Source of the DNA: an uncultured Methanosarcinales archaeon
GTDB lineage: Archaea > Nanobdellota > Nanobdellia > Woesearchaeales > DSVV01
Assembly (NCBI GenBank): GCA_964593285.1
Contig: CAZQHZ010000009.1
Coordinates: 1-55,861, forward strand
DNA length: 55,861 bases
Direction: 5' to 3'
Part shown: piece after piece, positions 32,701 through 41,700 of the stretch
How the letters are laid out: every line of letters begins with the position of its first letter
How positions within the stretch are numbered: the first letter of the stretch is position 1
Program-made: the position numbers and the translations under genes
Notes under the pieces: generated by a model
What the model saw: only the letters and a program-made list of their open reading frames with translations
Told to the model about the DNA's origin: nothing
Database searches by the model: none

Positions 32701-35700
32701 TACCATTCTAAGATACCTTGGAAGATCTAAATTTCCACCGGTACTGCTACTACTTGGAGCAACAAACCCTCCTGTTTGCCATTGAAGTGAAAGTCCATTT
32801 GAAATTGTTTGTACAATCATTGCTTTTCCATCATTTGCTTGTGCCGCATTTGTTCCTTGTGTTATAATTCCAGTTTTTGCCCAAGCATCAACACTTGTAT
32901 AATCAGTTAATCTTGCAATAGCTTCAAAATCTCCTGTTACTAATTCATCTTGCCATACAAGTGTTGCTTCATAATCATTTTGCCAAACATCTGCTGCAAA
33001 TGAACTATAAATATTTACTTCACCATTATTGACTGTTACATCACCAACAGAATTAACATCAGTCCATGTCCAACCATCAGGGAGAGAATTACCTGAAAAA
33101 TCACCAAATAAAATAAAAGTATCTTCCGCATTACTCTTTGATGCTGCAAATGAATTATCATAATACATATAAACATTATAATCTGAAGATGTTGGATTAT
33201 CTGTTTTAATCCAAACAGATGCTTCTCTTTCACTAGCATCACAAAATTCAACCCAATAATTTAATTCAATACCATTTTCATCAACAAATCTTAAATCATT
33301 ACACTCTTGGTCCCAAGCAAAATTTGACCCAACAATTCCTGAAGTTAATAATAAATGAACTTGATAATCAGAGGGAACTATTCCTAAACCAACACTAAAA
33401 TTAATTTCTTTTTTATATCTCCAATAATCATTAATATTCAAAAATACATCTTCATAATTTCTAAACTCGTCTTTATTTAAATCAGAATTTGCATTTCCCT
33501 GTATTGAAATTAAAAAATTAGATGATCTAAAATTAGATATCCCATCTGAATTTGTTGCATTTATTGTAATATCATAATTTCCAATATTCCATGTATCTGT
33601 AAATGTAAATGTATAATTGCCATCCCCTAAATCATTCATTAGATGATTTGTTGTAACTCCATTTGGTTTTCTAACTTTTACATAAACATTAATTCCACCA
33701 ACTAAATCAATAACTGAAGCATTAATAGTTACAGGTTCGAAATTTCCTGCAGGATATGGTGTTGTTGTAATTGATGTAATTTCTGGAAGTGAAGATATCT
33801 TAATTTCTTTAAATGCATTAGAAGAATTATAAAATGCCTCATAATCTTTCTTAAATCTTACTTCAAAATTATTATTCCCAATATCTAAATCATCATCTAC
33901 AACATAATCAATCGTAAAATAACCATTTGAATTTGTATTAACTTCCTCTAATTCATCGCCATCTAAAAATAAATAAACTTTTCTATTTACAACAGGACTT
34001 GAAAGTTCATCAACAACCCTTCCAGTAAATATTATTGTATCACCATGTACTGCTGAATTTACATTTGAATTAAAATCAATAATTTCAGTATTAGCAAATA
34101 CATAAAATGTTTTCATATTGCTTATTTTTTCATAATGATCACAATTTGTAGAATTTGCAAGAACCCTCAAATTATACATACCTCTAACTTTAGGTTCAAC
34201 ATTATCCCACACAGGATTACAAGATTGGCCACTTGATAAAATACCACATAAATATGGATTAGTTCCAGTTGAAATTGCTGGATTTAAATTATCAATTGTA
34301 ATAAAATTTGGAGAAGACCTACTATATTCTATTTTTATTTCATTTAATTTTGGTGTATAAGTTTTAATAGATGAATTCATTTCTACAAGATATTGAATAT
34401 ATCTTCTATTAGGTGAAGTTATTTGTTTTCCATTTTCTTGTAACTGCCAATCACTAAAATAAACTCCATCATTTGAAGTTCTTGTATAAATTTGCATTTC
34501 AGATAATGTACCACTATAAAAAATATTTCCAAAACCAACAGTACTATAAGTTGTATCAAATATTTTTGAAGTATATGTTCCATAAGGTTTATATTTAGTA
34601 GTTGTTCCAAGCTTTGTAATTGTTTCTATTGATTCACGAGGTCTAACAAATATCCAATCCCATCTTGTATCATAATTTTGCCCAAGATTATTATCATCAT
34701 ATCTTCTTCCAAGAGTTATTGGATGATTTGAAATTGTAAAAGCTCTAGTATCAGTTCTACTATTGCCTGTTTCAAAATCATCTATAGTAACATCAACATT
34801 TCCAGAATTTGAATTTAAAATAATTTTATGAGTTCCAATCAAAGTATCAAAAGTAGTTGGTCCAACCCATCCTCCACCAACTCTAGTCCAATATCTAGAA
34901 GGACTACCTCCTGAATTTTCTCTTACACCAACCCCTGATGCAGTTGAAGTCCAAAATCCTGCAGTCATCTGGCCAGCACTAGCCCTAATGCTAGTTCTCA
35001 TTTTAGATTCATAAATTAGTGGTTCTGAAAATGTTTCAATAGATTGTATTCTTCCAGTAGTGCTAGTTCCAACTAATTCATTATTTGATACTGAAAAACC
35101 AGTACTATCAACAATATCCCATTTTGAGGTATCAATACTACTTCCAGTAAAATCATCAAAAAATTCAAAAACATCATTACCATCAGATAAATCTTCAACA
35201 CCAACATTTCCATAATAAATATGTACTGTTGTTTGAGTTGTTGAAAGCGAAGGAATTTTTGCCCATATTATTACACTAGTATCATCTGAAAATTCTACCC
35301 AGTGATTAATTAATTCTTCTACACCAGAAACATCATTATAATATGTAACTCTAATATCTGTAAAATCAGTTTTTGTAAAATCAATATCAGTACTATCTAA
35401 TTCAAATTTTATTGGATAATCTGTCCTTGCTTCATCTAATGAAACATTAAAAGAATATCTATTATCCCATCCTGAATCTATTAGATTTCCTACACTTTCA
35501 TCAGCTTCAAGTCTTAAATAATCTTGTATTTTAATATCAGTTACATCTTCATTATCGATAAAATAATCATAAGAATTTTCAATAAATTCATTAACTTGAG
35601 AACTAATCCTATATTGTAAATAAGAATTTACATCACATGAATTTAAATCATTTACAAATGTTGCATTTGAAAAAAAAGGAGTAAACCATTCATGATACAA

Positions 35701-38700
35701 TTCTCTTGGTTCATCTAAAAAAATATCAGAGATTGAATTCCATTTTACTGTATATAAATCTAATGTAGGTGAATAAAATTCATTATATGTTTTAAAATCA
35801 ACATAAATTTGAATTTGATTATACCCATGTGCACAACTAGAAATATCATAAATTTGAACATCTTTAATCCCTTCAAAAGAACATAATAAATTACTTGAAT
35901 TATCATATACATAATAATTAATATAAGTATCATCAGGAATTTTATGATCAAATAAAATATATTCCCAATTTTTAAATGCAGCAGGTTTTATCAATTCTGA
36001 ATATGTAAACCCTGATGGCTCATAATTTGCTTGTTCTTCATAGGTTGCAGATAATGAAGTTGCAGGTAATTTTCTAACAAAAATAAAATCTACTTTAAAA
36101 TCACTTCTTCTATATTGCCAAAAGCCGATATTACCCCATGAATGTGCTGAATTTGAAAATGAAAATTCAGACCATGAATTCTCATACAAATCTGGAAACC
36201 AATTAAATGAATTACTTTGCGCAATTAATCTTGCATAATACCATTCATCTTGATAAACTGGCCAACCTAAATTTGCCCTTTGAGCGCTTCCATGACCGCC
36301 TCCTCCGGTTAAAAGACCAGTCATTCTCCAATAAACATGATCATGCTCATTTCTACCTCGTGTTCCAAGTTCATGTCCTTCAAGTGTACCATCAGCTCCA
36401 CCACTTGTTCTATATAAAATTCCCCCCTCTTCATCTCCCCAATCAACTTTATATCTAAATTCTGCAATATGATCTGAAAAATTAAAAGGAACACTAGGAT
36501 ATGCCCACGATCTACTATTACCAGTCCGTTGTAAATGTAATATTCCAGATTCTGCGCCAAAACTTGTCCCAACAACACTCCACCTACCATCATTTCCTGG
36601 AGCTATGGAAAAATCATCAAAAAATTCAAAAACTTCTTCTCCATCATAATATGTTGAATCAAAATCAGCTGATGGATTACCATAATAAATATAATATTCT
36701 TGTATATCATTAGGTTGAATAGATAAATTAATCCAAATTTCTGAATTATACTCAGAACATGCTTCTGAATCAAACCAATGATAAACTCTTTGTAATGTTT
36801 CCGATGTTTTATTATAATAAACAACCCTAATATCAGAACAATCTGATTTTAATTTACCCTCCGATACTAAATCAGGAGTATTTATACTAAAACCATATTG
36901 AGTTCCATTTGAATAATCATTTTCTGAAATTTCTTCTAAAACAACATGGTTTCGATAGTTCCAGCAACCTGATTCAAAAGGATAATTAAGGCATCCTGCA
37001 TCTAATCTTATACCACCAAATGTTCCAATATTAAAACTAATATTTTCATGTGATTGTGTAAAACTATCATTTACAAAATATTCAGTGAATGTTTCACCAG
37101 AAAATTTTGATGAATCATAAATAATTGTATCAACTGCATCTTCATAAACTTCAACACCATTTGAAACATTTATGTAAACTGTTTTTAATCCTTCTCCTAA
37201 AGAGCAACCTAATGCGCCATTTGTTAAATCAAAATCTAAATGTATGTAAGTACTACCATCTCCTGGATGTGTATACCAAGAGCTCCAAGAATTATTATCA
37301 CAAGATAAACTATAATTTGCAATATAGTCTCCCCCAATATATAAATCAGCAGTATTAGTTGATGTATATGTTGCATTACCAGGGCCAATATAAAATAAAG
37401 GATTTGGGTCTGGAACAGTTACTTTAAATGAAACTTGATTTGAAATAATAGATCCAGAATTATTTACAAATACATAAACAGTATAATCTCCATTTAATAA
37501 AGGACCTAAATTTGCAATTAAATTATCAGTATTTACAACTGAAGAATTTACACCATTATTAATATTATACCATGAATCATATGTTTGATTAAACACTGCA
37601 TCTAGCTGTGGATTATAGTTTGTAGTAACACCAGCTTCAGGCGATAAAATTGTAATCGCACCAACACCAATACCAAAATTCCTACTTGCATTTACAACAT
37701 TATCATGATAATCCTCACATTCAAAAAAAACATTTTTAACACCATAATCACTAAAACTTTGATTTGCATAAAATGAAGTATCATTAATTTTAGTCATATT
37801 ATATGTTGTATTATTAATTGTATAATTACAATTTTTTGCTAATTTATCAAGTGAAACATTAAACCAAATATTTTCACTAATATTATATGATGGACTTGTA
37901 ACTGGAGAATCTATAGTAATAATAGGTGTATAACTAATATTTTCAACTACAATAAAATCATAATCAACTACAGCATCTCTTGCATAAAAAGCAACAGAAC
38001 CATTATATAAAGGAGTATCTAAAATAGTATTAGAATCAATTTGCCAACTTGTTGGTTCATTTGAAGATTCATCCCATATTTTTGCTTTAATATCTGTATT
38101 AGTTCCTGCTGTTTGAACATTAATTCTCATATAATACCATGTATTTAATGATGGGGAAATCCCTGAATCTAAAGTTCCACCAACTAGACCACCATGACCT
38201 GTTAAAACAAAATTTCCACCAGCATTAGATCTAATTCTATAATACCTACTACTTAAAAAATCTGAATAAAATAAAATTCCAATTTCCTCAGTGCCTAAAT
38301 CTTCAACAATTCTTGTTTTTAATAATATTTCATAATTATCCCAGGAAAATGCTTGAGTTAAATTATATTCAGAAATATAAGTTCCAGTAATATTTGCTCG
38401 ATAAAATTTATCTGTTCCATTATTAAATACACTAAAAACATCAGCATTAACGCCACCTGAAGTATAATCTACAAAATAATTTGCTTTTGTATTATTTGAA
38501 TAACTCTCAAAGTACTCATATAATAAAAAACCCATATTGTTTGCAAATCCAACTTCATCACCAAATTCAAACTTTAGATGATGTTTTCCTGTAGTTATTA
38601 TCTCATTTGATAATGAAGCTGTAGTATCATCACAGTTCCAATCTTTATATAATAATGATTTTACTTTATATGAATCAATTGAACTTAAATCCAAATATTG

Positions 38701-41700
38701 AATTTGTGTATTATCTTCTAAAATCGCATATAATTCATCCTCTTTTAATTCATTATCACCACATTTTAATGATTTAAAAATCATATCATCTTTTGTATTT
38801 TTATCATCTAATAAAAATTCAGTCCATGTTGTATCATTAATTACAGTAATAATTAAATCATTAGTTCCTGTTGTATTAAAGTAAACCGTCCAATTATTAT
38901 GAATGGATGGATAACTTTGAACATTTAAAATTGCAAGATCTATTTCAAGTTCAAAATTTTGTTCTGATAATTTTAAAACATTAAAAGAAATTTGGTCAAT
39001 ATATGTATCATTATCTAAATCAATTAAAGTAACATTAAACCTTTCATCATCAATAATATTTATTTTTTCACCATCAACTAAATGGAATAGTTTAATTTGA
39101 TTTGGCTTTGATTTAGTAATATTAATTGTTGTTAAAACATTTTCATAATGAATGCTTGCATTACTATAAACTTTTATGTCTTTTTTTAATTTAAAATCTT
39201 TTATTTTTTCTGTTGTAACATTTATTTTTGGTGAATCTGTAATAAAACTTATATTAATTTTTTCTTGAGCATTTATTAATTCTTCTCGTGGAAGAATTAT
39301 TTTTTTATTTGTTATATTTTTTAAATTATTTGTTTCATTTAAAAAATCATCTACATTTCTTAATTCATCTTTTAAATCTGTTAATTTTGAATTTACATTC
39401 CTTTGAGTAAAATAAAGAGTTGCTTTTTTAATTAAATTTGATTTTTCTCTCTCTTTTTTTATATTTTCTAATTCCTTTATTAATTCATTTAATGTTGAAA
39501 TTTTTTCTAAATCTATATTAGAAATAATTTTATCATCTATTGTTAAATTAAATGCTTCAATTAATTTATCTTTTTTAAATAAAGTTAAATTTTTTGCTTC
39601 AATTGGAATAATTAAATCGTCTAATTTTGAATTTTTTAAATCAATTTCAACATTCCACGAAACCGGCTCACCAACAACAGCTCGTTGTTTTATTTTTGCA
39701 TCTTTTTTATCAATTATTTTTTCATAATCAATTTTAGATAAATTATGATCTATAGTTTCATTGATTGTTGTATCATTGATTCTTGTTTCATTGGTTCTTG
39801 TTTCATTGATTTTTGTTTCATTGATTCTTGTTTCATTGATTCTTGTTTCATTGATTGATGTTTTATTGGTTCTTGTTTCATTAATTGTTGTCTCATTGGT
39901 TCTTGTTTCATTGATTGTTGTCTCATTGATTGTTGTTTCATTGGTTGTTGTCTCATTAATTGTTGTCTCATTAATTGTTGTTTCATTGATTGTTGTTTGA
40001 TTGGTTGTTGTTTCATTAAATAAACTATCATTTATAGAAACATTTAATTCTTCTTCAATTAATAAATCATCAAATAAAAAATCATCATCAATAAAATCTT
40101 TTTTTAAGATTAATTTATCATCATCAACATAATAGATACTTTTGTTCACATATTTTTGTAAATGTAGGACATTTGCATAATGACTAATTTTTCTAAATTT
40201 AAAAGAATCTGAAACAACAATTTCTCGTGTTCCAAAATTACCCAAAGTTATTGAAGAATTTTCACCCAATGTATATAAACCTAAATAATTCCAATTATCT
40301 CCATTTATTTTCTGATTTATTTCAAAATAATCAGTTCCAGAATTATGATTAAATATTAAAGGGGTATTTTCTGAAAAACTATCATGTGCTGGATAATTTA
40401 TATAAATTTCATAATTATTTAATTCTAAATTAGGTTTATATGTTATGGACTTAAATCCTTTATCTAAATTTAAATCATGTAAATAATCTCTTCCATAATA
40501 ACCCTTAACCTGTGTATCACTAATCCATCGTCCAACTGTTTTTGCATCATTATTTGTTAATATTTTTTCAAAATTAATCTTTTTATTTTCATAATCAAAT
40601 GTTGATTTAAAATTATCAAAATATAAATATAAATCAGATATAAATCCTTTTTTAATATTTTTTAACTCAATTAATAAAATTCCAGAATTTGTTAAATCAT
40701 CAAATGAAAGAAATTCATAATTTAAAAGTTCATAATCTGTTCCATTAAAAAATACAGGAATTATACTATCCTTTAAGTTATCACCTAAATCAACAAATAC
40801 CCTGAGTATATAACTTTCATAATCTGTATATAATGTATCTCTAAAAGGAATTATTTTTCTAAATTTTAAATCTTTAATTAACCAATCATCATTAAAAACA
40901 TAAATTCTTTGATTATTATCTTTATTTACATCATTTAATAGATTATTTTCTTCATTCTTTAATGAAGCATTTACAATAAAACCTGAATTAAAAATAAAAG
41001 GTTTTAAAAGAACAAAGCTTTCTATTGAATCTTTATTAATTGGCCTCTTTAATAAAATTTCATAATCTTTACTTTCATTATTTAAATCATTTATTTTTAT
41101 ATTTAAATTTGCACTTTTTGTATTGTTATAATGATTCTTTACATAAATTAAAAAATGATTTGATTTCTCTTCTATTGAAATTATCTCTAAATCATCAATA
41201 AATTCTTTTTTATCTTCATCTATAAATGCAACAACTTCTATTTCATTTACTATAGAATCATTTGAAACCCCTGCATTTGAAATTGAATGTATTTTTATAT
41301 TATCAATTAAACCAATTGATGCATCTAGTGGAACATAAGCTCGTGCAATTATTTTTAATTCTTCGCCAGGTTTTAATTTTCTTGTATTAACATTTGATGA
41401 ACGCGTTGTATCTTTTAATTTTGTTTTGTTTTCATAAAAAAATTCAACATTTGTAAAATTAGACTCATACACTAAATCAATTATATCAAAATTCTTATAA
41501 TTTTCATTTTTTACAATATGAACAAAATCATAGTACGAATTTCGTTGTAATTTTTTATAATACTCATTTTTTATTGAAACTTTTGGTGTAGTAGATAAGA
41601 CATTAATTGTTGATTTTAAACTAGCAACAATATTATCATATTCATCTTTAACAACTACAGTAATAAAATAATTTCCAATTTTAGTTTTATTTGTTGTTTG

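Noticed and set aside
39748..40031. CRISPR-like array, or alternative ORFs (MKQQ.. and IVVSL.. frames)
   Set aside because: 15-bp tandem units without spacers; the alternative ORFs are shadows of the coding repeat.
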